Below are positions 40,842 to 49,275 of a stretch of DNA of 64,000 nucleotides, in pieces. Source of the stretch: Nitrospinaceae bacterium (GTDB lineage Bacteria; Nitrospinota; Nitrospinia; Nitrospinales; Nitrospinaceae); contig OZ245011.1 in assembly GCA_965223665.1 (NCBI GenBank), forward strand, positions 4,180,044 to 4,244,043. Direction: 5' to 3'. The position numbers and the translations under genes were made by a program. A model generated the notes under the pieces. It worked only from the letters and a program-made list of their open reading frames with translations. It was not told the origin of the DNA and searched no databases. How positions within the stretch are numbered: position 1 is the first letter of the stretch; every line of letters starts with the position of its first letter.

Positions 40842-41579
40842 ATGATAAACCAATTTTTTAAGTTCGTTATTCTTGGATTAATCATATTGTTTATTTTCGG
40901 TTGCAAAGGGGAGTCTGAGTTTAGCGGCGATACATTGACGACAAGCACTTCATTAGATCCGCAGGAATTGACAAAAAATGCCAAAGCCAAACAGGCCATT
41001 GGAGCTTATGAAGAAGCTATTGTAGAACTCGATAGAGCTTTAAAAATAGATTCAAAGTTCATTCCAGCTTTTTATCAAAAAGGATCTGTTTATGAAGAAT
41101 GGGATCAAAGAGATAAAGCGATTGATTCCTATAATCAGGTCCTTAAAATTGATCCTAATCACGAAGAAGCAAGAATGGGTCTTGGCAGGGTATATTCAAA
41201 GTTAACGATGAATGATTTAGCAGTAAAGGAATTCATTAAGGTAGCTGAAAGAAAACCAAATGATATCAAGCTTCTTTTTAAAATCGCCCTGGAGTACTGG
41301 TATATTCAGAAGCTTCCGGAGTCTGTAGAATATTATAAAAAGGTCCTTGCTCTTGATCCTCAACATTTACAAGCCCATTTGAATATTGCAAGTGTTTATG
41401 AACGGATGAAAGATTACGATTTAGCAATCGCTCACATTGGGACGGCTATTAAATTAGGGAAGGCCGCAAATGATAAGCAGGCTGTCAGGATTGCTCAAAA
41501 TAAACTTGGATTTTTAGAAGGTAGAAAAGATATGACAGAAAAAGATTTGCGCAGAAAGACCATGCCTCCATTTAAATGA
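40842..41579 (+). CDS. TPR-repeat lipoprotein
   Basis: Lipobox IFGC after a hydrophobic stretch; several TPR motifs. Confidence 0.85.
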   Translation: MINQFFKFVILGLIILFIFGCKGESEFSGDTLTTSTSLDPQELTKNAKAKQAIGAYEEAIVELDRALKIDSKFIPAFYQKGSVYEEWDQRDKAIDSYNQVLKIDPNHEEARMGLGRVYSKLTMNDLAVKEFIKVAERKPNDIKLLFKIALEYWYIQKLPESVEYYKKVLALDPQHLQAHLNIASVYERMKDYDLAIAHIGTAIKLGKAANDKQAVRIAQNKLGFLEGRKDMTEKDLRRKTMPPFK

Positions 41580-41585
41580 TACTCT

Positions 41586-43010
41586 TTAGCTGGACATCTT
41601 CGTCCAACTTTCTACTTTGCAGTTTTGCTGATTTAAAACAGGATAAATTGTAAATAATGGGGTATTGAACGGAACAAATGCAGAGTCAGTTCCTGGGCTG
41701 AGAGTTAAATGAATATTAACAAAATTAAAACTTAATCCTTCCTGCCAGGGTTCTTTCGTATTTTCGATATAAGCTTCTAATTTGTCCGCAGCATGCGAGC
41801 GAGTCATTAATCCTGATCCACCCTGCAAGCCATATTCATATAAATCAGGAGCACCTTGAATTAATACTGAAATAGTAGATGCATCAAACCATACTTTAAA
41901 ATTGGATACGATTTGAAGGAAATTCCCTAAACAACCTGTTCGCTGTAAAACTGCCTGAGGGTAAGCAAAGGCAGGGGGAATATTAGGATCATTTCCTTGA
42001 TATTTGAAATCCTCTTCTTTGACTTTGGATACTGAAAAAAACAGAAGGTTTTCATCATCCATAGAAATGTCTGTTACTTTTCCATCGTTAAAACTGCAAA
42101 GCTTATCATTTTCATAAGAGAGGGGAAAAGAATACCCCATCTTGGAATAGTAAATGCGTAAGCCAGCTTCCAACGGATCTTCAGGTTTTCGACTTATTTT
42201 TATGTCAAAGGGTAGCATGAGATGAAATGCATTGGTACGAGCATTCATAAAGGGGCCGCAAGCTCCTGGGAATTCTTTGTGAACATCTTTATTGTCTGGA
42301 GAAAACTTTCTGGGGCCACCTGAAAAATGTTGGGCCGACTTAGCTTCCTGAGTTAAAGCGTATTTTTCTTTATAATATTCAGCGGCTCTTTTTTGGGCAA
42401 CGCTCAAAATGTATTGCGGAACATCCGACTGAACAATTATTTGCTGCTTATCAATACCTTTTTGGGCAGGCTTCGGATTTAGGGCTTCGTTATAAAGATT
42501 CAGTTCTTTCTCGGTTTTTTTTGCTTCGAAGGTTAATTGTCTTGCTAACTCCGGGTTGTGGTATTGGGTTTGCCCTAATAAACTTTGAGCTTTTTTCAAT
42601 AGATCCAGTTTTGCAGAATAACGCTTGGGTTCTGCAGAAAATGATTGAACTGTTGCCATGATAAGATTGAATTGTTCTTCTGGGAGAAGTCCAAGTTCTT
42701 GGAGGTTATTTTCTTTAAAAAAAGTCCAGGCAAGAGGTCCAAAAGATTCTTCTCTTTGGATATTGAGTGTTAATAAATAATTTAAATAAGCTCGTGCGGA
42801 ATCTTCAGCGTATTTTTTTTTATCAGTGATTTTGCACATGGGTAGAACATCGGAAGAGTTTATTTCAACTAAGTCTAAACCTTGATCCTTAGCCAGGGAA
42901 AGAGCGTCTTCCAGGTCATATGTTCCTAATCTTTTACCATCGTTATCTATAAGGGCTACCCGCTCGGCAGATATATCTCCATTCACTCGCTGCGACAATT
43001 TTCTCTCCAA
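41586..43010 (-). CDS. Fusion of a translation initiation factor 3 N-terminal domain to a large uncharacterised domain
   Basis: RVNGDI.AERVALIDNDG..LG....DAL.LA..QGLDLVEI......PMCKI.D matches IF3-N; no IF3-C domain; TTG or ATT start. Confidence 0.75.
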   Translation of the reverse strand: MERKLSQRVNGDISAERVALIDNDGKRLGTYDLEDALSLAKDQGLDLVEINSSDVLPMCKITDKKKYAEDSARAYLNYLLTLNIQREESFGPLAWTFFKENNLQELGLLPEEQFNLIMATVQSFSAEPKRYSAKLDLLKKAQSLLGQTQYHNPELARQLTFEAKKTEKELNLYNEALNPKPAQKGIDKQQIIVQSDVPQYILSVAQKRAAEYYKEKYALTQEAKSAQHFSGGPRKFSPDNKDVHKEFPGACGPFMNARTNAFHLMLPFDIKISRKPEDPLEAGLRIYYSKMGYSFPLSYENDKLCSFNDGKVTDISMDDENLLFFSVSKVKEEDFKYQGNDPNIPPAFAYPQAVLQRTGCLGNFLQIVSNFKVWFDASTISVLIQGAPDLYEYGLQGGSGLMTRSHAADKLEAYIENTKEPWQEGLSFNFVNIHLTLSPGTDSAFVPFNTPLFTIYPVLNQQNCKVESWTKMSS

Positions 43011-43258
43011 AATTTTCTACATTAAAGTAAAAACTAGGCAATGGGTTTTTAAATTTTCTTTTTGGCAATTATGCATGGAAACCCCTGGTTTTCCAAGAAA
43101 ATCTTAGGATTGGTAAGGGTTTTCTTACTTTTGGTGGTGTTTAAGGAGAGAATTCAAATATATAAAATATTGAAATTGTTCACTATCTTGAAGAAATTTA
43201 TGAAGCTGTTTAAGAATTCATATGATTTCGGGATTTATAGCTAGGTCCTTAGATTGAA

Positions 43259-45283
43259 CTACTTCTCCCAAAACAGATTTTTAATATTATCATCCTCAAT
43301 TGCAGAAATTGCCATGACCAACCAAGCGGTTCCAGCAACGGAGGGGTTTTTGGAGAACTGGAACTTTAGATTTTCGGTGGCATAAGGCAAACCTCCCTCA
43401 GAATCCTGAAGATGAATCATTGATTTCAAAATTTGCTCCGCTTTGACTTTGTCGCCGATTTTTATTTGTGCCATGGCAACCCCCAGGGAACCTTCCGGCC
43501 AAATCATGGGCAACTCATTCCAGTTTTTTCCGGGATCTTCAGGAAAAAATAAGGAGTTAATTTCGGGTTCTTCATATAAAGGCAAATCAATGTAGGGTTT
43601 ATAACCAATGTATCCATTAAGGTTGACTTGGTATTTTGAGGATGATTCCAAAGCAATTTTGGCTTTTTTATTTTCTCCAATGGCCAAGAGAAACATAGCA
43701 CCCCATGAAGAGCAATCTAAAGCTTTTGCGGAATCTGGGCCATCCAATCGGTGCCCTCTATTAAGTTGACCAATCTGTTCATTCCATGATTTTTCAGATA
43801 TTGATTGTTTGAGGAGATTTGCAGAAGAATTAAATTTTTTGCTTCCGGTGAGTCGTGCTAAATCTCTAAGGAAAAAATAAATATCGATATTGTGCTCCAT
43901 GCTGGCCCATTGGATTGACCCAGGAGCAAATACTTCTTCCAGATTATTTGTTTCTACATTTTTTTTGTAAATATAAGACCCCTCGCCGCCAGTGAATAAA
44001 CCATAACGAGGATCTTTGCGGTTTGTTATTTGCCGCAATAAAATTTTGTCAGCGATTGATTGAGCAATTTTAATAAAATTTATTGCCACATGGTCCTGTT
44101 GTAGAAGACTGGGATTATCAACAAGCCTTGACTTTAAATAGTAAGTAATTGCATAACCTAACCAGGCTGAAGCCCCGCTCCGATTGATTGCCCCTCCATG
44201 GTCATTTTCATTTGGCCAGGAATTATGTGTATTGAAAGTGAACCATAGATCGCCATCCCGGGATAATACTCGAGAGGCAGCTTCTATTACTTTTTCAGCC
44301 AGAGAATATTCTCCAACCATGGAAAAGGCTATAATGGCCAATGCATTGTCATAAATCGAAGCTTTACTGAAGACATAACGATAGGCTTCGGCATCTTGTG
44401 GTACACGGTAACTGATTAATAAATTTCTTCGGTCTTGAACTGGTTCGGGAACGATGGCGTTGGGAACACTTTGGGCTTTAAGCCAATCTATAGCTTTTTG
44501 TTTGTAAGGGGACCATTGGGTGGTGCCCGAAAACTTTGCTTGTTTTATCACTTTGGGTAACTGAGGAGCAAATTTAGCTACCTGGTCCACTTTTTGAGTA
44601 TCCATTTTTAAATTAGAGAGTTCCTTTATAAAAGCAATTGCAGTTTTTTCAGCTTCCTCAATTGAGGGATCAATGCGAACAGACATTCGAAGCATGGTCA
44701 TGCCGTCCATAATGTTGTGCCTCGAATTGGGCCACATATACCAATAGAGAATTAAATGTGCGAAATTATCTTTTTTTGCTATGGCGTAGCGAACTTGAAA
44801 ATTCTCTTCCCGGATTTTTAGGGATTTATAGGACCTTTCTTCAATTTTCCATCCGTCTCCTATGTAACAAACCTCAGGAGTGTGAAATAGACTTTCATTG
44901 GTGCCATGAGCCGCAACAAAATATACGGCCTGTTCATTTTTTGGATTTTCATAAAAACGAAAATAAAGAATGTTTTTGTCATCCGTTTCAATATTCTCAC
45001 CTTTCCACTCCCCTAAGGAAAAAGGAATATTTTCCAGATTTTGCTTTTTCAAATAATCAGTATTTGCGACAAACTTACCTTCATGCGAGGTCGAAAAGTA
45101 AAAGGAGGTGTCTGAAGTGAATTTATAAACAAAATCAGAAGAAACTGGTTTCACCTTTTTATCATATTTAATTGCTTTTGAAGTTGGATTGGATTCCGAA
45201 CAACCAAAAAGAGCTACTAGGCCAAACAAACAAAAATAGATTAAAAGGGTAATGACATGTTTTTTACAAGGTAGGTTTTGCAT
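43259..45283 (-). CDS. Lipoprotein: exosortase-associated EpsI-like domain fused to a six-hairpin glycosidase-like domain
   Basis: Lipobox LFGC; IP..LGEWKG, FHTPEVCYIGDGW and LILYWY are EpsI hallmarks; C-terminal YDNALA, SMEHNID, ALDCSSW, WPEGS, SVAGTAW helical-barrel motifs. Confidence 0.75.
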   Translation of the reverse strand: MQNLPCKKHVITLLIYFCLFGLVALFGCSESNPTSKAIKYDKKVKPVSSDFVYKFTSDTSFYFSTSHEGKFVANTDYLKKQNLENIPFSLGEWKGENIETDDKNILYFRFYENPKNEQAVYFVAAHGTNESLFHTPEVCYIGDGWKIEERSYKSLKIREENFQVRYAIAKKDNFAHLILYWYMWPNSRHNIMDGMTMLRMSVRIDPSIEEAEKTAIAFIKELSNLKMDTQKVDQVAKFAPQLPKVIKQAKFSGTTQWSPYKQKAIDWLKAQSVPNAIVPEPVQDRRNLLISYRVPQDAEAYRYVFSKASIYDNALAIIAFSMVGEYSLAEKVIEAASRVLSRDGDLWFTFNTHNSWPNENDHGGAINRSGASAWLGYAITYYLKSRLVDNPSLLQQDHVAINFIKIAQSIADKILLRQITNRKDPRYGLFTGGEGSYIYKKNVETNNLEEVFAPGSIQWASMEHNIDIYFFLRDLARLTGSKKFNSSANLLKQSISEKSWNEQIGQLNRGHRLDGPDSAKALDCSSWGAMFLLAIGENKKAKIALESSSKYQVNLNGYIGYKPYIDLPLYEEPEINSLFFPEDPGKNWNELPMIWPEGSLGVAMAQIKIGDKVKAEQILKSMIHLQDSEGGLPYATENLKFQFSKNPSVAGTAWLVMAISAIEDDNIKNLFWEK

Positions 45284-46091
45284 GCGGTTGTCTCATTCCT
45301 TTTATCGTTAATAACCAAAAGATAAATAAAATTGTGAAGGTTAATATAAAAAATAATATGCTTCCCAAATCGTGCCAAAAGTCAGCCGCCACGGCTTCGC
45401 CAAAATAAATTGCCACAAAAAAGAGGGTTAAAATTCTTAATAAATTTCCGATCATCGCTATGGGGATGATCAGTGAATATAACAGGACTTTCCTTTTAGT
45501 AGAGGTATTAGTGAAGTAAACCACTGGGATCATCAATGTTAACAGTGCAATGATGGATTGAATCCCACTGGAAGGAGCTCCAATTACAAACGTCGCATTG
45601 GGAAGATATATGGTAGCTCCCTCGGTGATGATTTCGTAATTTAAAAATTGCAATATTGAGGTCGCTAAATCGGCCATAAAAAATTGAAGAAAAGCGGTAA
45701 GGTCGGAAAGAAACGGAAAAGGTACCGCTATTATTGGAAATAGAATGGCAAATCTAAGATTATGGGCGGGGATTTTATTATTAAATAAATAAGTTATCCC
45801 AAGGGCCGTAAGAAAAATTGGGATAGTTTTGAAATAATAAAAATTTAATACATAGCCAATACCATATAAAACTACACTTCCAAGAATCCAATAAATCCAC
45901 TTATTTTTTTCGGTATAGTTTTTTGTAGAATGATAAATATTATAAATGGCCATGCCAACTGAGGCAAATAAGACCATAAATCCATGTTTATAAAATGGAT
46001 GGGTAATCCAAGATTCAATCAACCATTGTGAGGGTTCGTGATATACGAATACTCCAACACAGAGAATCAGGAACGAAATGATTGCCTTCAT
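45264..46091 (-). CDS. Exosortase/archaeosortase-family membrane protein
   Basis: W...W...PFYKHG, AVPFP, LQ...A..A..IL, EG.TI.LP..TFVIGAPSSG..S, NLLRI, FWHD; about 8 TMs; next to an EpsI-domain gene. Confidence 0.88.
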   Translation of the reverse strand: MKAIISFLILCVGVFVYHEPSQWLIESWITHPFYKHGFMVLFASVGMAIYNIYHSTKNYTEKNKWIYWILGSVVLYGIGYVLNFYYFKTIPIFLTALGITYLFNNKIPAHNLRFAILFPIIAVPFPFLSDLTAFLQFFMADLATSILQFLNYEIITEGATIYLPNATFVIGAPSSGIQSIIALLTLMIPVVYFTNTSTKRKVLLYSLIIPIAMIGNLLRILTLFFVAIYFGEAVAADFWHDLGSILFFILTFTILFIFWLLTIKGMRQPHAKPTL

Positions 46092-46378
46092 ACATTGTGG
46101 GTTGGTTTTCTCTTTCTTTGTTTAGAGAAATAATAAATGCTTCCAGCAATTAAAATAAAAGCACTCCCGCCAGTAACCATATATTCAATTGGAACTTCAG
46201 AAACTGTAGGAGGTGCGTCACATTTTTTCCCACTGCATGAGTGCCAGGGTTTGTGATGCGCTTCCGCTGAGGAAAATGGGTTATTTGAGGTAGAAAAAAT
46301 GGGCAGTATTAAAAGTGCTGCATAAAAAATAATTGTGAATATCCCAGCAGACAATTTTTTTATTAAATTCATTTTCAT
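46088..46378 (-). CDS. Small secreted protein with a C-terminal sorting-signal-like tail (VPIEY-TM-basic); putative exosortase target
   Basis: AAGGAGG RBS at 46383-46389 before ATG 46378; signal peptide, short polar core, VPIEY, TM, KQRKRK; stop overlaps the exosortase start (ATGA). Confidence 0.75.
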   Translation of the reverse strand: MKMNLIKKLSAGIFTIIFYAALLILPIFSTSNNPFSSAEAHHKPWHSCSGKKCDAPPTVSEVPIEYMVTGGSAFILIAGSIYYFSKQRKRKPTHNV

Positions 46379-46392
46379 AAAACCTCCTTGAA

Positions 46393-47325
46393 CTACAATG
46401 ACCCCTTTACATTTACAACAGCCCCTACTGGGTATAACCACTGCAATAAAGGATCAATAGTCAATATTAATCCTTTTCCTTTATCATTATTAGTTTCAGG
46501 GATAGTAGTAAAAAGGTCAATATCCCAAAACTTTCCTGAAGAACCATCCCAGTCATCAATTCCTGAAATAGACTTGCCATTTACTAAATTTCCTGACCCA
46601 TTCCCAGCGCGCCCATGTCCCCCAATGAAACCTACAGAATTTAGTTCCCAATTAGAGTTAGGAATATCAAGGTTTATGGGGATATCGTAAACTTCACCTG
46701 GTTTTAATATTTGCATACCAGCCAGAATCTTCAGTGAGTTTTTAGTTTGAGCTTTTGGATTTGCAGTTATTACAATAAGTGCCCAACCTGCAAGGGTATA
46801 TGGATCTTTCCCATTAGGATTGATAGCGTGAGAGGAAAGATTCTTTACGGAATAAGTTCCGTTTTTAGAAACAAATTGGGTCACATCAGCCCAAGCCGTA
46901 TAAAGAATACCGGATGAATTTTTTTTCCATATTTTATTTGCTTGAACCAAATGCTCCAGGTTCTCTGGAGATGTAAAAGCAATTTTTTTAGCAGTTTTTG
47001 TGGGATTATTTAGTTCTCCTGCCCAAAGAAGAAACGCTTTTTTAATTGGAGATGAAACGTTTAATTCAGCCTGACTAATTTTTTTAATTTCTTTATCGAC
47101 CAGAAAGCTTTCACCTATAATCGTGAAATCAAGCCCTTTCGAAGTTTCAGAGAAAATCGTTTCAAAATCATTTATGGTTTTATTTTTTATTGATGTTAAT
47201 TCCGTTGAAAAAGAATATTGCGGATAACTAATTAATAGAAGTAGGACGATAATTTTAAAAAATAATTTAAATGTGTTTTGTGGAAAAAAAAAGTGGTCTT
47301 GTTCTATCCAATAAAAATTTATCAT
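46393..47325 (-). CDS. Secreted beta-rich protein, DUF3344-like
   Basis: Signal peptide; IKKAFLLWAG, ADVTQFV...GTYSV.N, AGWALIVI and FWDID motifs recall DUF3344-type surface domains. Confidence 0.55.
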   Translation of the reverse strand: MINFYWIEQDHFFFPQNTFKLFFKIIVLLLLISYPQYSFSTELTSIKNKTINDFETIFSETSKGLDFTIIGESFLVDKEIKKISQAELNVSSPIKKAFLLWAGELNNPTKTAKKIAFTSPENLEHLVQANKIWKKNSSGILYTAWADVTQFVSKNGTYSVKNLSSHAINPNGKDPYTLAGWALIVITANPKAQTKNSLKILAGMQILKPGEVYDIPINLDIPNSNWELNSVGFIGGHGRAGNGSGNLVNGKSISGIDDWDGSSGKFWDIDLFTTIPETNNDKGKGLILTIDPLLQWLYPVGAVVNVKGSL

Positions 47326-49274
47326 CAGAATCTCAATGTAATATAGGTTTGAATATTTTTAGTAATGTCTTCATCATTCCCGGTTTCAAATCCAAGTCGA
47401 GCATCAATGGTCCATGAAATACAATCGGTGATATTCCAAGTAACAAATGCTGTGAATAGTTGCTCTATTGCATCGTCCAAAGAGTTATGGGTGATGATGT
47501 AATCAATTTCGTAGTTAAATATTTTTTTAAATTCGTCTTGAAGGTTGAATATGAAGCTATGTTCAGTTTCGTCAGGGTTGGTAAGATAATTTAGTTGGTA
47601 CTCAATTTGGATTCTGTCATAAAAGGGCAAACGATACCGAGGACGGAAGATGTAGTTTTGCCTTAATCCTGTCCCGTTTGAAAAATCATTTAACGCGACA
47701 ACGGCCAAAATGGAAAAGAAAGGATCGAAGTCCACATCGTAAGAGGCCAAGTAAGTATTGATTGATTCGATTTTTGCATTTCCAGAAGTGATATCTACAA
47801 AGAGGTCACGTGAAAAGGAAGTATTGAATAAATGGTTTTTATATTCTTTGGATAAAAGAAAATATCCCGCGTGCTCAGTCTGAGCTTTAAGTAAATTGAA
47901 AGAATTATTATCTTCATTTGTGTATCTAAATAAATCATATCGAAATCGGATTTTAAATTGTTCTGGAAGCTTTTGCTCTAAGCCAAAAGACCCTGTATTG
48001 GCGTTTACGTTGAAATCGATTAAATTATTAACTATATCTAATTGCTTTTGCTTTACACGTTGTAACCGTAGTTGGAATTTTGTGGTTGCGGATAGTCTTT
48101 GATAATAATCAAGTGTGTGACGTAAATCTCTAAAAATAATATTAAGGTTTTTGGTTTTTGGGATTTGATCTCTAAATTCGAAAAAGTTGAATCTGGTTAT
48201 TAACATTGGAGCCATGGCTCTTTTTAAACGTTCCATGGCTTGTTTAGCGTCTATATTGTTTGGATCAACATTCAGCGCTTTTAAATATTGTTCTTCTGCA
48301 AGATCCCATTGATCGTTAAAAAAATACAAGTTTCCCAATCCCACCAAAGCATCCACATTGTTGGGAGCAATTTCTAAAGCTTTCTTGAATAATTTTAGAG
48401 ATTCTTCTAATTTACTTTGCCAACTGTAAACCCTACCCAAAGCAATGTAGGACGAAATGTCTCCTTGGGCCAAGGCAACCGATTTTTGTAATTCGGTGAC
48501 GGCATCGTCTAACCTGGCCGTCCAACTGTAAAGAGTTCCCAGCATTGCCCGTACATCTTGTCTTTCGGGATCAATTTCTCTTGCCTTTTCAAGGTATTTA
48601 ATAGCATTCTCATGATCTCCTTGGTGGCTTTGGAGGATTCCAATTCCCATATAGGCTTCTACGTTTTTTGGGTCTTGTTCCAGTATTTCTTGGTAAAGCG
48701 CAATTCCATCTTTTGGATTTTTCATCCACTTATATGTGGTGGCTAATGCTTTTAAAGCTTCTATATTATTAGGATAAATTTTGAGGAGTTTTTTAAAGTA
48801 GATTACACTTTGGTCAAACTTTTCTTGCCAGGCTGTAACCTGTCCTAAAAGAAAAAGTAAATCAAATCGCTCTGGGTAAACCTCGTGTAAAGCTTTTAAT
48901 CCTTTTTCTGCCTCAGCATGATTTCCATCCCAAGCACTTAGGCGTAAAAGACCAATCTCTCCGTCGGGAAGGTCCGGTCGTAATTCTTTAATTTTTTTAT
49001 AAGTGGTGCGAGAAGCTTCAAACTTTTTTTGCCAACTTAAAACCTGAGCTAATCCCATCCAAGCTTCAATATCTTTTTCGTTAGCCTCAATAAGTTGTCT
49101 ATAAAGAGCTTCAGCTTCACTATAGTTTCCCTGCCAGCTTGTTTGGCGAGCTTGATTATAAATTGCGTCACGGTCTAACGCATAAACTCCATATACGAAT
49201 AAGCTTGGTGATAGAAGCAATGATAGAAGAAAAAAGGAAAAAATCTTTCTTAGGCTATATAAAGAAATTTTCAA
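47325..49274 (-). CDS. TPR-repeat protein with C-terminal outer-membrane beta-barrel (architecture like PgaA/YaiO/BcsC)
   Basis: Start moved to TTG 49274 (AGGAG RBS); about ten TPRs with recurring 'SW' (LAQVLSWQ, LGRVYSWQ); C-terminal amphipathic strands ending YITLRF. Confidence 0.75.
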   Translation of the reverse strand: MKISLYSLRKIFSFFLLSLLLSPSLFVYGVYALDRDAIYNQARQTSWQGNYSEAEALYRQLIEANEKDIEAWMGLAQVLSWQKKFEASRTTYKKIKELRPDLPDGEIGLLRLSAWDGNHAEAEKGLKALHEVYPERFDLLFLLGQVTAWQEKFDQSVIYFKKLLKIYPNNIEALKALATTYKWMKNPKDGIALYQEILEQDPKNVEAYMGIGILQSHQGDHENAIKYLEKAREIDPERQDVRAMLGTLYSWTARLDDAVTELQKSVALAQGDISSYIALGRVYSWQSKLEESLKLFKKALEIAPNNVDALVGLGNLYFFNDQWDLAEEQYLKALNVDPNNIDAKQAMERLKRAMAPMLITRFNFFEFRDQIPKTKNLNIIFRDLRHTLDYYQRLSATTKFQLRLQRVKQKQLDIVNNLIDFNVNANTGSFGLEQKLPEQFKIRFRYDLFRYTNEDNNSFNLLKAQTEHAGYFLLSKEYKNHLFNTSFSRDLFVDITSGNAKIESINTYLASYDVDFDPFFSILAVVALNDFSNGTGLRQNYIFRPRYRLPFYDRIQIEYQLNYLTNPDETEHSFIFNLQDEFKKIFNYEIDYIITHNSLDDAIEQLFTAFVTWNITDCISWTIDARLGFETGNDEDITKNIQTYITLRF

Positions 49275-49275
49275 A

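Noticed and set aside
41586-43010. Calling this gene infC
   Set aside because: It lacks the IF3 C-terminal domain and the usual thrS/rpmI/rplT context
46379-46441. Cys-rich N-terminal extension (MVIPSRGCCKCKG) of the small target ORF
   Set aside because: It overlaps the upstream gene, and a strong AAGGAGG RBS points to ATG 46378
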